Origin: a bacterium
Lineage (GTDB): Bacteria; Patescibacteriota; Saccharimonadia; UBA4664; JBBRNT01
NCBI GenBank assembly: GCA_043767845.1
Contig: JAYUFZ010000018.1
Span: forward strand, 3,312 to 67,311
Reading direction: 5' to 3'
Length of the DNA: 64,000 nt
Under the pieces are notes generated by a model. The model did no database searches, was not told where the DNA came from, and worked only from the letters and a program-made list of their open reading frames with translations. Below, piece after piece: positions 8,700 through 19,266 of the stretch (its first letter is position 1; the number at the start of each line of letters is the position of its first letter). A program made the position numbers and the translations under genes.

Positions 8700-11600
8700 A
8701 TGAGAAGAGGTGTAGCAAAGGCTTGGTTAGCGGCATTGGGGCTGTCGCTAGTTTTGCCATTCCTGATTTCTGAAGGCGCTCTGGCCGCCCCACTTAGAAA
8801 AGGTGTTTGGCAAAATGATTCTGCCATTCTTTTTGATGCAAAAACCTTCATCAACAAAACTGGCGACGGGTCTGGCTCTTTTGTGTATGCCAAAGATAGT
8901 AAAGGTGTCGATATTCCTACATCCGACAATAATAATATTTATTGTGTTAAGGATGGAGATAAGATATTTGTGCAACTGGGACAAACTTACAGCGACTTTA
9001 GTACAAATTACGGCATCCCATTCTATGTAATTCGCGATATAAACGATGCTCATGATCGAGCCAACTATGATGTATATGCAAGACTTCTCGTCAATAATAA
9101 CGGTGCAGTATTAACACAGACTCAGTTTAATAGTAAAAAAGGTAGTGAGTCAGTACCAATCAGCTATTATATCCAGTGTCGCAAGACTCAAGCTGAAGAG
9201 CCTATTGAGCTTACAAATGCCTCTGTATCAACTGACGCGTATGCCTGGAAATGGAAAAACGAAATTGATTCCACGAATGGTAAGAAGGCTTGGATATTAA
9301 ATAGCACTGATCCCAAATTCCCTGTAGGCTCCTACGTTTGGCAGGCGGATACAAACCATGATGGCTGCAAAGAATATATCGTACCTAGTGCCGATGGTAC
9401 TAAAGGCAAAAGATATCATGGCGGAGGAAACTCAGCTGGAACTCCACCGCACTGTATCTACGACGATCCGCCAGAAGATATTACTATTGCTAACGCTACC
9501 CATAAAGACGATACGACGGATCCCGGTACCTCCCCTGGTAATCCAGTAAATCCAGGCGGATCAGGCAAGGCTAGTTGTGATGCTGGCGTCCTCGGATGGT
9601 TCTTGTGTCCAGTAATTCGCATGGCCGTGAACCTCTATCAGATTTTGAGCGACCAAGTCATCAAACTACTCGATCTAGGGTCTCTTGAAAGTGGTAGCAA
9701 TGTATTTCTTATATGGCAGAATATGCGCAATTTGGCCAATGTGCTCTTTGTATTAATCTTCCTGATTATCATATTCTCGAACACTCTCTCAATAGGTATT
9801 GATAATTACACCTTTAAAAAGATGCTCCCACGCCTCGTTGCCGCAGCGGTTCTTGTTCAGTTTTCCTGGGTAATCATGACCCTACTATTTGATATCACAG
9901 CGGCAGTTGGAGCGGGGATCGGTGACCTTATTAGTCTGGCAGTAGGTAGCGGTGTACCGAGTGCAGGTAGTACACCTAAAGGCTTTGCGCTAGTCGGAAC
10001 GGCCTTCGGGTTGCTTGGCATTGGCGGGGGGGCGATCGCTGCCATTGTACTTTTTCCTGAGCTCCTGATCCTAGCGCTTCTCTTTACAGTTGGGGCCCTC
10101 TTCGGAATCATGGCAGTATTCTTTACCATTACGATACGTTCTTTCTTGCTTTCCATACTAGTGGCAATTGCGCCGCTAGCTTTTGTGGCTTGGATCCTAC
10201 CAAATACCGAGAGCTACTTTAAAACCTGGTGGAAGACACTTATTCGACTGCTGCTCATGTATCCAATTATCAAGGCGATGTTCGCCTTCGCCGAGGTAGG
10301 CGGCCTACTTACGGTAGGATCAAATTTCTCTAATTTGCATAATGGGCTCGATAAGGCGATGGCGGGCGTTATGGCCGCCCTTTTGCCAATTGTAGCCTTC
10401 TACGCTACCACAAAAGTCTTTACCTGGGCGGGCGGTGCGATGTCGCTGTTTAGCAATGCAGTCAACAAGCGGGCTAGATCGGCCCAAGCGCGCATCGCTA
10501 AGTCCAACGTGCGACGAGACGCAAAAGTCGGGCTTACGAATCGGGTTGCAAACTTCAAAGCTGGTGGTGGGCTTAAGGTGCCACTAAGTTCTAGTCCTAT
10601 CCTAAACAGTGACTCCAGGCTGGGTAGGGCCGCAGCTGGGGCTGCGCGTATAGCTACCCTGACTTCCAAGAATAATGCTACAAGAGGTCGTAATACTGCT
10701 GCAAAGGCAGCTGGGGAAGCAATGGCACTTGAAGGCTGGACGGCGGATGATTATAAAATGCAGATGGGCCAAAAAACTTACTACGACAGCCAGACCGCCG
10801 ATCTCAAAAAGAAAGTCCAATCAGGTGAACTCACGCAGGCAGAGGCAGATCTTAAGCAGTCTAAGCTAAAAGCCAGTCGAGACCGTACCGAGAAGTATTG
10901 GGGAAGTAGTTCGAGGTCTCTTGCTGCTCAACAAAACCTCACTTCAAATGGCTTAGTCGACGACAGTACCCGACAAAACATTATTGACCGGTTCGGCAAG
11001 GACCAGTTTGCCCAGCAACTTTGGACTAATTCAGCAGCTACTGCACGAAACTCTAATCCCCAGCTTATGTTTACAAGCCTGGAGAGCGATGCAGCAGGCA
11101 AGCCGGTAATTGATCGAGCAGGGCTTAAGAGTCATCTGGCTAAGCAGAATCAAGCCACCTGGGCAAGCTTCAGTGAACCGGCTATTCAATCTATGGCCGA
11201 TAACGGTATCCTTGACGAATTCGCCAATGCCAGTAGCTCGAATGCCGAGCTTCTCCTTTCACTTCGATCAAACGAAGGCGGCCCTAGTATTGGTGCTGCT
11301 CAGCAAGCAATTATTGCCGGGGCAGGCACGCACAAAGACGACGCCGGCGTAATTCACAACCCTGGGTCCGTCAACAGGGCGATTGATGCAGTAGCTGCGT
11401 CCAGGGCAGCTGCACGGGCCACTGTAGGGACACCGGCAGGTTCAACAACAACTACCACAACAACTGCCGGCGGTGTTAGTGGCTCAGCGGCCAGCGCGTG
11501 GGCTCCGCCAAGTGGCGGCCTACCAGTCGGCAGCACAGTCCCAAGTATAGGTGGCGTTACCCCAGTCGCGACTCCAGTACCGACCGCGAGCGGTAAGGTG

Positions 11601-12398
11601 GCTTCCGTTGGAGGCTCCAGTTCTGGCGGTGTACTTGGCGGCGTTCTTGGTAGCAGTGGATCTTCAGGCGGCGGCGGTTCATACAGTCCAGGAGTTACGG
11701 CCTCAGCCGTTAGCAGCACACCGGGAAACCCCGGTGCCAACCCAAATACTTCCCGGATTACCCCACCGAGCTCAGTTGGCTGGACACCGACAGCTAGTGG
11801 CTCAGGGCTAGTAATCCCACCGAGCTCCGGCGCCCCGGCACCTACCGTATCAGGCCCGTCAGCACCATCACCAGAAGAGTTAGCCGAACGTGTTGAGCGA
11901 AGCGTGTTCGACGCTACAGCTGCAGCAAGAAAGGCAGCCGATGCAGGAGCTGCAGCAGCAGCCGCTACTTCAACCCCAACGGGCGCATCATCTGGCACCA
12001 CCACAGACTATGCCCCCGGATCAGGCATAAGCAACCCGGATATCGACGTTAAGGTCGAAGCCCCGAGCTCAGCAACAGTCCTCCCCTCGACAGCAGGTGC
12101 AGTACCATTCAGCGCAGGAGCGCCAGCTAGTACAGGGAATAGCAGCGCAACTGGTAGCCCAGCAGCAGGCATGGCCAATCCAGCCCCAGCTCTAGCCACG
12201 CCACCATCAAGCAAGCCTGTCGCGGGTCCAACAAATATGCCCACCAGCGAACCAAACAGCGGCCCAGCAGCTGCAAGCCCGACCCTGGACATCAACTCCA
12301 CGGAGCTACCCAGCCGCCCCTCACTCGGTGAAATAATTAGACCGACCGTAGCCTCCCCAGATGAGACCCCTCCGGCCGATCCACCAACGACTCCATAG
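8700..12398 (+). CDS. VirB6/TrbL-like polytopic membrane protein, paralogue 2, with a long Pro/Ser/Thr/Gly/Ala tail
   Basis: Same core motifs (CDAGVLGWFLC, WQNMRNLANVLFV, IAPLAFVAWILPNT); the likely start ATG 8700 follows the terminator and gives a signal peptide. Confidence 0.75.
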   Translation: MRRGVAKAWLAALGLSLVLPFLISEGALAAPLRKGVWQNDSAILFDAKTFINKTGDGSGSFVYAKDSKGVDIPTSDNNNIYCVKDGDKIFVQLGQTYSDFSTNYGIPFYVIRDINDAHDRANYDVYARLLVNNNGAVLTQTQFNSKKGSESVPISYYIQCRKTQAEEPIELTNASVSTDAYAWKWKNEIDSTNGKKAWILNSTDPKFPVGSYVWQADTNHDGCKEYIVPSADGTKGKRYHGGGNSAGTPPHCIYDDPPEDITIANATHKDDTTDPGTSPGNPVNPGGSGKASCDAGVLGWFLCPVIRMAVNLYQILSDQVIKLLDLGSLESGSNVFLIWQNMRNLANVLFVLIFLIIIFSNTLSIGIDNYTFKKMLPRLVAAAVLVQFSWVIMTLLFDITAAVGAGIGDLISLAVGSGVPSAGSTPKGFALVGTAFGLLGIGGGAIAAIVLFPELLILALLFTVGALFGIMAVFFTITIRSFLLSILVAIAPLAFVAWILPNTESYFKTWWKTLIRLLLMYPIIKAMFAFAEVGGLLTVGSNFSNLHNGLDKAMAGVMAALLPIVAFYATTKVFTWAGGAMSLFSNAVNKRARSAQARIAKSNVRRDAKVGLTNRVANFKAGGGLKVPLSSSPILNSDSRLGRAAAGAARIATLTSKNNATRGRNTAAKAAGEAMALEGWTADDYKMQMGQKTYYDSQTADLKKKVQSGELTQAEADLKQSKLKASRDRTEKYWGSSSRSLAAQQNLTSNGLVDDSTRQNIIDRFGKDQFAQQLWTNSAATARNSNPQLMFTSLESDAAGKPVIDRAGLKSHLAKQNQATWASFSEPAIQSMADNGILDEFANASSSNAELLLSLRSNEGGPSIGAAQQAIIAGAGTHKDDAGVIHNPGSVNRAIDAVAASRAAARATVGTPAGSTTTTTTTAGGVSGSAASAWAPPSGGLPVGSTVPSIGGVTPVATPVPTASGKVASVGGSSSGGVLGGVLGSSGSSGGGGSYSPGVTASAVSSTPGNPGANPNTSRITPPSSVGWTPTASGSGLVIPPSSGAPAPTVSGPSAPSPEELAERVERSVFDATAAARKAADAGAAAAAATSTPTGASSGTTTDYAPGSGISNPDIDVKVEAPSSATVLPSTAGAVPFSAGAPASTGNSSATGSPAAGMANPAPALATPPSSKPVAGPTNMPTSEPNSGPAAASPTLDINSTELPSRPSLGEIIRPTVASPDETPPADPPTTP

Positions 12399-12534
12399 TC
12401 CCGACAATACGGCAACTAGTCAGCACCCCAGCTAATGTATTACAATGATCAATTGCGGATGAGCAGCCAGAGAAGCAATCATGGTTCGTAATTAGGATTC
12501 ATGATTCATCCTGCTTAAGCTATAATGGAGACAT

Positions 12535-13356
12535 ATGGGCCAGTACAAAGTCCCACAAAACGTTGAGGCGGAAGACAAGATCCTTGGGCCACTGACGCTC
12601 AAGCAGTTTATCTATGCCATCATTGCCGTCGGGGTGGCTGTCGTGACTTACCTCATCGGCAAGTACCTGCCATTCGTCTACATTGCCGGTGTTCCGCCAG
12701 CCCTGCTCTTTGCCCTGCTAGCCACTCCCCGAGGCGATAAGCAGCCCTTCGAGGCCCTCTTCCTGGCCCTGGTCAGCTTCACGGTCAAGCCGCGCAAGCG
12801 CGTATGGCTCAAAGACCCAATCGCCGAAGTCTTCATGATCGAAGCCCCCAAGCCAGTGGAGGAGGCCCCTGCCGTCGATTCCCGCCAAGTCCACGGGCAA
12901 CTCGAGAAATTATCCCAGATCATCGATACTCGCGGCTGGGCGGCCAAGCAGCCTGACATCCAGGAGCCCGACTCCACGTACTTCGATAATCTCACTACCG
13001 ACGACCGCCTAGCCTCGGTGGAGTACGTAACGGTTGGCGACATTAATAGCGACATTAGTGTGGCCGACGACATTCTAGACTTCAAAAACAACCCGTCGGC
13101 CCAAAACCTCGATCAGCTCATCGAAGACAGCGTGGCCAACGTCCGCCTAGAGGCCATGCAGAAGATGCGCGAGCAAGCCAACCATCCAGCCCCAACAACT
13201 GGCGGCGGAGCAATGACCCCGCAAGCTTCTAATGCTATACTGAGACAAGCGATGAGTAGTTCGGAGTTAACGGTTAGCCAAGTTGCGGCTCAAGCCCAGC
13301 GCTACGGACGACTCGAAGAAGGTCAGAAAGTGGAGATATATAATGGCAGCAACTAA
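12535..13356 (+). CDS. PrgI family (VirB3-like) protein
   Basis: YKVPQNVEAEDKILGPLTLKQF, two TM helices, PRKRVW; upstream of VirB4. Confidence 0.88.
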   Translation: MGQYKVPQNVEAEDKILGPLTLKQFIYAIIAVGVAVVTYLIGKYLPFVYIAGVPPALLFALLATPRGDKQPFEALFLALVSFTVKPRKRVWLKDPIAEVFMIEAPKPVEEAPAVDSRQVHGQLEKLSQIIDTRGWAAKQPDIQEPDSTYFDNLTTDDRLASVEYVTVGDINSDISVADDILDFKNNPSAQNLDQLIEDSVANVRLEAMQKMREQANHPAPTTGGGAMTPQASNAILRQAMSSSELTVSQVAAQAQRYGRLEEGQKVEIYNGSN

Positions 13357-14416
13357 TCAAAAGATTGCCAGCAATCCAAATAGTCAGCTGAAAAGCACGC
13401 AAAACAGCATGCTTATTTCAGAGATTAAGGATGGGATTGTGATACTCAAGGACGGCACTATGCGGGCCGTAGTGCTAGCAAGCGCCATCAACTTCGACTT
13501 GATGAGCCGCCAGGAACAAGACGCCGTCGAGTACAGCTACCAGGGCTTCCTGAACTCACTACATTTCCCAATCCAGATCGTCGTGCGCTCTCAGAAAATC
13601 GACCTCGACCGCTACATCGAGACACTTACCGAACTGCGCGCCAACCAAGGCAATGAGCTGCTCGGACTACTCATGGAAGATTATATTGCCAACATCAAGG
13701 CCCTCATCGACGAAGTAAACATTATGAATAAGCAGTTCTATGTGGTCGTGCCCTACGACCCACCAGTCATTACCAAAACTGGCTTTTTCGATAAGCTCGG
13801 CGGCATCGTGAAGGGGGCTGGCGTTACAGTGGTGAGCGAGCAGGACTTCGCCAACTATAAGACTGAGCTGTCGCAGCGGGTCGCACTGGTAGCCAGCGGA
13901 CTCAACCAGCTGGGCATCCGGGCCATCCCGCTCAATAGCCAAGAACTCATCGACCTCTACTACTCGACATACAATCCCGACGTCGCCGCCAACCAAAAAC
14001 TCATCGACAGCAGCCAGCTGCAAACGCCTGTCGTTTTGCGTAGCGATCAGCCAACCAACACCAGCTACCGCCAAGCCCTGCCAGAAGCCGCTGCCGACTT
14101 TACTGTAGCCCCGGCTTCATCACCTATCGACAACCAGCCGGCAATGCAGATACCGACCCGCTCGGACATCCCGACCTCCAATATGCCAATGGTCGCCCCC
14201 GAAGAACCCCCGACGGCACCAATTACGCAGCCAGGCCCGCTCCCCGAGTACTACGCCCAGCCAGCCGCGCCCGTTCAAGCTCCTGTGGCGGGTGACCCGA
14301 ATGCCGTCATCGACAATCCCAACGCCTACGATCCTTTCATCATCCAGCAGAACCAGGCGGCCTTAGCCGCTGCCCAGGCAGTCGCACCAACTACCACTGA
14401 ACCAGGAGCACAGTAA
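13343..14416 (+). CDS. Conserved T4SS-locus protein (VirB4-associated, TraC-like N-terminal fragment) with Pro/Ala-rich tail
   Basis: STQ....I.EIKDGIVILKDG...INFDL.S..EQ.A....YQ.FLNSL.FPIQI; lies between PrgI and VirB4; GGAG RBS. Confidence 0.7.
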   Translation: MAATNQKIASNPNSQLKSTQNSMLISEIKDGIVILKDGTMRAVVLASAINFDLMSRQEQDAVEYSYQGFLNSLHFPIQIVVRSQKIDLDRYIETLTELRANQGNELLGLLMEDYIANIKALIDEVNIMNKQFYVVVPYDPPVITKTGFFDKLGGIVKGAGVTVVSEQDFANYKTELSQRVALVASGLNQLGIRAIPLNSQELIDLYYSTYNPDVAANQKLIDSSQLQTPVVLRSDQPTNTSYRQALPEAAADFTVAPASSPIDNQPAMQIPTRSDIPTSNMPMVAPEEPPTAPITQPGPLPEYYAQPAAPVQAPVAGDPNAVIDNPNAYDPFIIQQNQAALAAAQAVAPTTTEPGAQ

Positions 14417-14418
14417 TC

Positions 14419-16269
14419 ATGGCCTTCGGAAAAAAAGTTGATCCAAACGCTCAGGCAGAGGCGGTAAAGCGCCAAGAACAGGCTGAAGCCGAGCAGATTT
14501 ACCGCCAGGGAATCGTCTCGCTGCGCGACCTGATTGCTCCGCCATCGCTGGAGATTGAGTCTGGCTATTTCCGCATCGGCAAGCGCTTTGCTCGGACAAT
14601 ATTCGTCTACGGCTACCCCCGCCAAATATTCACCGGCTGGATGTCACCGATCATAAATCTCGATGAAGTGCTGGACCTTAGCATTAATATTTATCCGGTC
14701 GAGTCAGCCGTCGTTTTAAATAACCTGAAGCGTAAGGTAGGCCAGCTAGAGGCCGATTTCACCATCAACCAGGAAAAGGGGAGAGTACGCGACCCCGGGC
14801 TTGAAGCCGCCATCCAGGACGCCGAGGAATTGCGCGACAAGCTCCAGGTCGGCGAGGAGCGCTTCTTCCGTTTCGGGCTATATGTCACGATGTACGCTGG
14901 CACGCTTGAGGAACTCAATCAAGTACAGCGCAAGATCGAAGGCATATTCGGCCAATCACTTATCTATACCAAGCCAGCTACCCTTCAAATGGAGCAGGGC
15001 TTTAATTCCAGCCTACCGCTCGGCGCCGACCAGCTCCAAGTGTCGAGAAATATGGATACTGGTTCGCTTTCGACAAGCTTCCCCTTCACCTCGGCCGAAC
15101 TCAGCCGCAATGAAGGCGTGCTCTACGGCCTCAACCGCCACAATAACGGTCTAGTGCTCTTCGACAGATTTAGCCTGGAAAATGCCAATATGGTTGTCTT
15201 CGCTAAATCCGGTGGTGGTAAATCCTTCGCCGTGAAGCTTGAAGCCGTACGCAGCCTGATGCTCGGCGTTGAGATATTGATTATCGATCCCGAGAACGAG
15301 TACCAGACGCTCTGCGACGCAGTTGGCGGTAGCTACCTTCGCCTCAGCCTAGCCTCGGCCACCCGCCTGAATCCCTTCGATCTGCCGCACGTACTCGATA
15401 GCGAGGATGCCGACAACGCTTTGCGCGCCAATATTATTACCCTCCATGGCCTTTTGCGACTGATGATGGGGGGTGCCCAAGCCCAAGCCATGGGTGCGGC
15501 TACCGGCGGCATGGTCTCGAGTGCCAATGCTCTCAGCCCAGCCGAGGACGCTGACCTCGACGTGGCCATCATAAATACCTACGCCCGCGCCGGGATTACC
15601 AATGACCCACTGACCCATGGCGCCACCCCACCAACCATGAACGATCTCTACAACACGCTAGTAAGTATGACTGGCAACGGTCCAGCCCTAGCCCAGCGTC
15701 TGCGTAAATACACCACGGGTACTTTTTCTGGAATCTTTAGCCAGCAGTCCAACGTCGATATCAATAATAAGTTTGTGGTCTTTAATATTCGTGACCTAGA
15801 AGACGAGCTCCGCCCAGTGGCTATGTACATTGTGCTCAACTACATTTGGAACCGGGTCAAAAGTGATAAGCGCAAACGTATTCTGATAGTCGACGAAGCC
15901 TGGCAGCTCATGAAGTACGATGACTCCGCCAACTTCATGTTCTCTATAGCCAAGCGCGCCCGTAAGTATTACCTCGGCCTCACTACTATTTCGCAAGATG
16001 TGGAAGATTTCTTAAGCTCCAGGCTTGGTAGGGCAGTGGTCTCCAACTCCTCACTTCAACTCTTGCTCAAGCAAGCGCCCTCTGCCGTCGACCTCATAGC
16101 CGATACCTTCAAGCTGACCGACGAGGAAAAGAAACGCCTTACCCAATTCCCGGTGGGCGAGGGCCTCTTCTTCGCGGGCCTCAACCATATTATTATTAGA
16201 ATACTGGCCTCACAAACTGAGTCGCAACTCATAAGCACGAACCCGCAACGAAGAGGGGACGGAGTATAG
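14419..16269 (+). CDS. virB4: VirB4-like ATPase
   Basis: Walker A AKSGGGKS, IIDPENEY, Walker B LIVDEAW, KRARKY, SQDVEDF. Confidence 0.9.
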   Translation: MAFGKKVDPNAQAEAVKRQEQAEAEQIYRQGIVSLRDLIAPPSLEIESGYFRIGKRFARTIFVYGYPRQIFTGWMSPIINLDEVLDLSINIYPVESAVVLNNLKRKVGQLEADFTINQEKGRVRDPGLEAAIQDAEELRDKLQVGEERFFRFGLYVTMYAGTLEELNQVQRKIEGIFGQSLIYTKPATLQMEQGFNSSLPLGADQLQVSRNMDTGSLSTSFPFTSAELSRNEGVLYGLNRHNNGLVLFDRFSLENANMVVFAKSGGGKSFAVKLEAVRSLMLGVEILIIDPENEYQTLCDAVGGSYLRLSLASATRLNPFDLPHVLDSEDADNALRANIITLHGLLRLMMGGAQAQAMGAATGGMVSSANALSPAEDADLDVAIINTYARAGITNDPLTHGATPPTMNDLYNTLVSMTGNGPALAQRLRKYTTGTFSGIFSQQSNVDINNKFVVFNIRDLEDELRPVAMYIVLNYIWNRVKSDKRKRILIVDEAWQLMKYDDSANFMFSIAKRARKYYLGLTTISQDVEDFLSSRLGRAVVSNSSLQLLLKQAPSAVDLIADTFKLTDEEKKRLTQFPVGEGLFFAGLNHIIIRILASQTESQLISTNPQRRGDGV

Positions 16270-16272
16270 ACC

Positions 16273-19266
16273 ATGGCACTACTGGAGGATGAGAAATTAG
16301 TTCCGGCAGACGACTTACCCAAGCACAGCAAGGGCGAAAGTAAGCTGAGCGAGTCAGTCTCCGACTCCGACGTTGATAGCCGTTTCAATGAATTAGCAAG
16401 CTCCACGCCGGCCATTTCCGATAACGAAGCAGCCAATCGCTACGCCGAGCAAACCGCCCCCGAGGATCAGTACACCAGTGATGGCAACGAACGCCCAAGC
16501 AGATTCCAAGGTACCGTAAAGAAGCTGCGGAAGAGGCGAGGACTACTCATTGGCGGCACTATCACCGCCGCACTGGTAGGTTTTTTAATATTTATCATCC
16601 TATTTCTGATCGGGTTTAAGCTCAACCACATTAAGAACCTCATGCTAGACTACGAGTTCGCGAGCTTTAATCGAGCTCTTTCTAAAGAAATGAACCACAT
16701 GATAACCGAGGACGCTATACTGTCCGAGGGAAGTGGCAGACTTCCTCAGATCGATACTCCAAGTCTAATTGATAAGCTGCGCGGCTACGACCCCGATACC
16801 ATCCTTCGTAATCTTGGGAATGCTGGAATGGAGCTCGATTTCGAGCCAGGTCGCTTGGGTGTCAAGGGTAAGTTAAGGAGTATCACCACACCAGAAGGTG
16901 AAGTCTACTGGCGCGAGGGGGCGGCGGGAACACCGCCGGCTAATGCAAAATCGCTATCAGACGGCGAATTCTTAACCAAGTATAAATCCACAATAGATAC
17001 TCAATTGGTTGATGAAAGAGGTTTTATCCGACGAAGCGTCTGGAAAGACCTTCGCGAGAATAGCGGCATCTCCTTCGCTAAATGGAAGGAATTCCTCGAG
17101 AAATTCAAGGCAATAGACCCTACACCAGAAGAAGCAAGAGCTACTTCACGAGCTGAGAATGACGCCACTATAGCCGACGGGCAAACCATCACTGGAGAAA
17201 ATGTAGACGGACTTGAGGAGGGTGCCAAGCAGGCTGCAGCCGATCATAAGGTCGGCCTGCTGGAGGAGGAGATTAAGCCCAGGTTAAGCGAGCGATTTGG
17301 GCTCGGAAGTAAGATCGCCACAGTGTCACAGGTAGTTTTCTATTTAACTGTTATATGTATTGCCCACGACATATATGCCTCCCTAGAGAAAATTATGGTC
17401 AATAAAAGTGATAGTCTCATGCGTGAAGCAGCCGACTTAAACACCAAGGCAGATCAGCAGAAATATGGTAGTGATCAAGTAACAACTGCCGCTATTAACC
17501 AATCGAATAACGAGTATGATGGCATGGAGGCAGGCGCGGCCTACCAAAGAGCAGCGGGCGAGCCAGTTGCTCTCGACAGTAAGGGTAACCCAGTCAATGA
17601 TCTTCCTGAAGAAGACTACCCCCAGCAAATCATAGGTATGAAGCTAAATGCTTTTGTTACCATCGCCAAAACCGCTGATACCGTGGCTACCGCTGCTGCT
17701 GCTGCTATTATTGCAGGGCCGGAAGCAGCGGCTGTCTGCGTTGCTTCTGACTTCCTGAGCAAAATACCCTTTATTGGACGAGCTGCTGCCTTCATAGCTG
17801 GACACACAATTTCAAAACTATGTAAAAACGCAGCTGATGTTTTTTATAGAGTCGTCTGTAAGCCAATTCTTGATCCTAGATTTCAAATTGGCCTAGCAGT
17901 AGCCGAAATTGGACTCGTCTGGCTTGATGGTGGCCTAAAGGCAGTACTAGCCGCATTTACAGAGGCACTACCTAGACTGGCGCTGCAATACGCCGGAACT
18001 GAGATCTTATTTGGGCATATTATCCCAAGCCTCATGGAAGATCTATCAGGCTTTCACCATAGCGGCCAAGAGACTGCTCCAACGCGTATCGCCAAGGTGG
18101 ACGCAGGCGATAATCTATTAAGAAACTCCACGGCAATGGCAACTGGTGCCCATAAAATTAGTACCAAGAAAGCCCTGCGCGACCAGGCGGTTGCCATAAA
18201 AGAGCGTCAAGATTCCATTCGTAAGCAGAGTCTAGCCTATCGCTGGTTCAACCTCGACAACAACTATTCACTTGCTACCCGCTTCCTGGTAGCAATTCCG
18301 ACCGGCCCACGGAGTATGATGGCAAAGATCAATAGCTTTACCGCCGCCATGCGCAACCCGTTTAGCATTGTGGCTTCATTGAGTACACCAGTTCAAGCCA
18401 GCATAGAGGACTACGGTCCAGAGGCACTCTACGGTATCCAACAATATGGCTGGGATGATACTGAGCTCGATCCGAAGGATGCAACTTTTAACTTTGATAC
18501 CAATACCCACTACGTGGAATCGAAGTACGAAGATTTGCAGAAGAAGTACGGCCAATGTTTCCAGGGCAAGCTCATTGATAGAGAGCTGAAAGGCGCCTTT
18601 GGCGACAGTAAATATGATAACTGTAAGGATGTGGACGCAAAAAGGTTTGGTAAGTACGTACTTGATTGTTACTCGGTAGAACAACTGCTCTCCCAAGGAT
18701 CGACGGACGATACCTATAATAATAGTGACTGTTCAGCGGTTGTGAAAGGCGAGAAAGGGGCTGACAGTACGCCCAACCCATCTAACGACGATACACCAGA
18801 CGATGCCGACATCGGCGCAGGAATTGATACTTCGAGTGTACCCTGCGCCGCAGGGACCGACGCCGGCATTCAAGAAACGTATCAAAAGAATTCCATTCAC
18901 CTCTGCACCGTCGGTGGCATTACCGTAAACGCATCTATCTCCGGCCAGCTAAATAGCTTGTTAACCAAGGCTAAAGCCGCAGGCATAACCCTCACTGGTA
19001 GCGGCTTCCGCAGTTACAAAACACAAATACAGCTCCGAAAAGATCACAATTGTGCCGATATTTACACGGCCTCTGCCAAGACTTGTAATCCGCCCACGGC
19101 AAGACCAGGTACCTCTATGCATGAGCAGGGCTTAGCAATAGATTTCTCGGGTATCGGCCAGCACGATCCAACAAACCCTAAATTCATCTGGCTCTCGGCA
19201 AATGCTGGTCCCGACTTCCAGAACTTACCCTCAGAATCATGGCATTGGTCGACAAATGGACGCTAA
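16273..19266 (+). CDS. Large membrane protein with C-terminal M15B (VanY-like) D,D-carboxypeptidase domain
   Basis: TM segment near residue 95; SGFRSY..Q, PGTSMHEQGLAID (SxHxxGxAxD), ESWHW (ExxH). Confidence 0.78.
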   Translation: MALLEDEKLVPADDLPKHSKGESKLSESVSDSDVDSRFNELASSTPAISDNEAANRYAEQTAPEDQYTSDGNERPSRFQGTVKKLRKRRGLLIGGTITAALVGFLIFIILFLIGFKLNHIKNLMLDYEFASFNRALSKEMNHMITEDAILSEGSGRLPQIDTPSLIDKLRGYDPDTILRNLGNAGMELDFEPGRLGVKGKLRSITTPEGEVYWREGAAGTPPANAKSLSDGEFLTKYKSTIDTQLVDERGFIRRSVWKDLRENSGISFAKWKEFLEKFKAIDPTPEEARATSRAENDATIADGQTITGENVDGLEEGAKQAAADHKVGLLEEEIKPRLSERFGLGSKIATVSQVVFYLTVICIAHDIYASLEKIMVNKSDSLMREAADLNTKADQQKYGSDQVTTAAINQSNNEYDGMEAGAAYQRAAGEPVALDSKGNPVNDLPEEDYPQQIIGMKLNAFVTIAKTADTVATAAAAAIIAGPEAAAVCVASDFLSKIPFIGRAAAFIAGHTISKLCKNAADVFYRVVCKPILDPRFQIGLAVAEIGLVWLDGGLKAVLAAFTEALPRLALQYAGTEILFGHIIPSLMEDLSGFHHSGQETAPTRIAKVDAGDNLLRNSTAMATGAHKISTKKALRDQAVAIKERQDSIRKQSLAYRWFNLDNNYSLATRFLVAIPTGPRSMMAKINSFTAAMRNPFSIVASLSTPVQASIEDYGPEALYGIQQYGWDDTELDPKDATFNFDTNTHYVESKYEDLQKKYGQCFQGKLIDRELKGAFGDSKYDNCKDVDAKRFGKYVLDCYSVEQLLSQGSTDDTYNNSDCSAVVKGEKGADSTPNPSNDDTPDDADIGAGIDTSSVPCAAGTDAGIQETYQKNSIHLCTVGGITVNASISGQLNSLLTKAKAAGITLTGSGFRSYKTQIQLRKDHNCADIYTASAKTCNPPTARPGTSMHEQGLAIDFSGIGQHDPTNPKFIWLSANAGPDFQNLPSESWHWSTNGR

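Noticed and set aside
11354-12415. Long antisense ORFs (216 aa, 135 aa)
   Set aside because: Shadow frames of the low-complexity tail of VirB6-like paralogue 2; the same applies to most short antisense ORFs in the track
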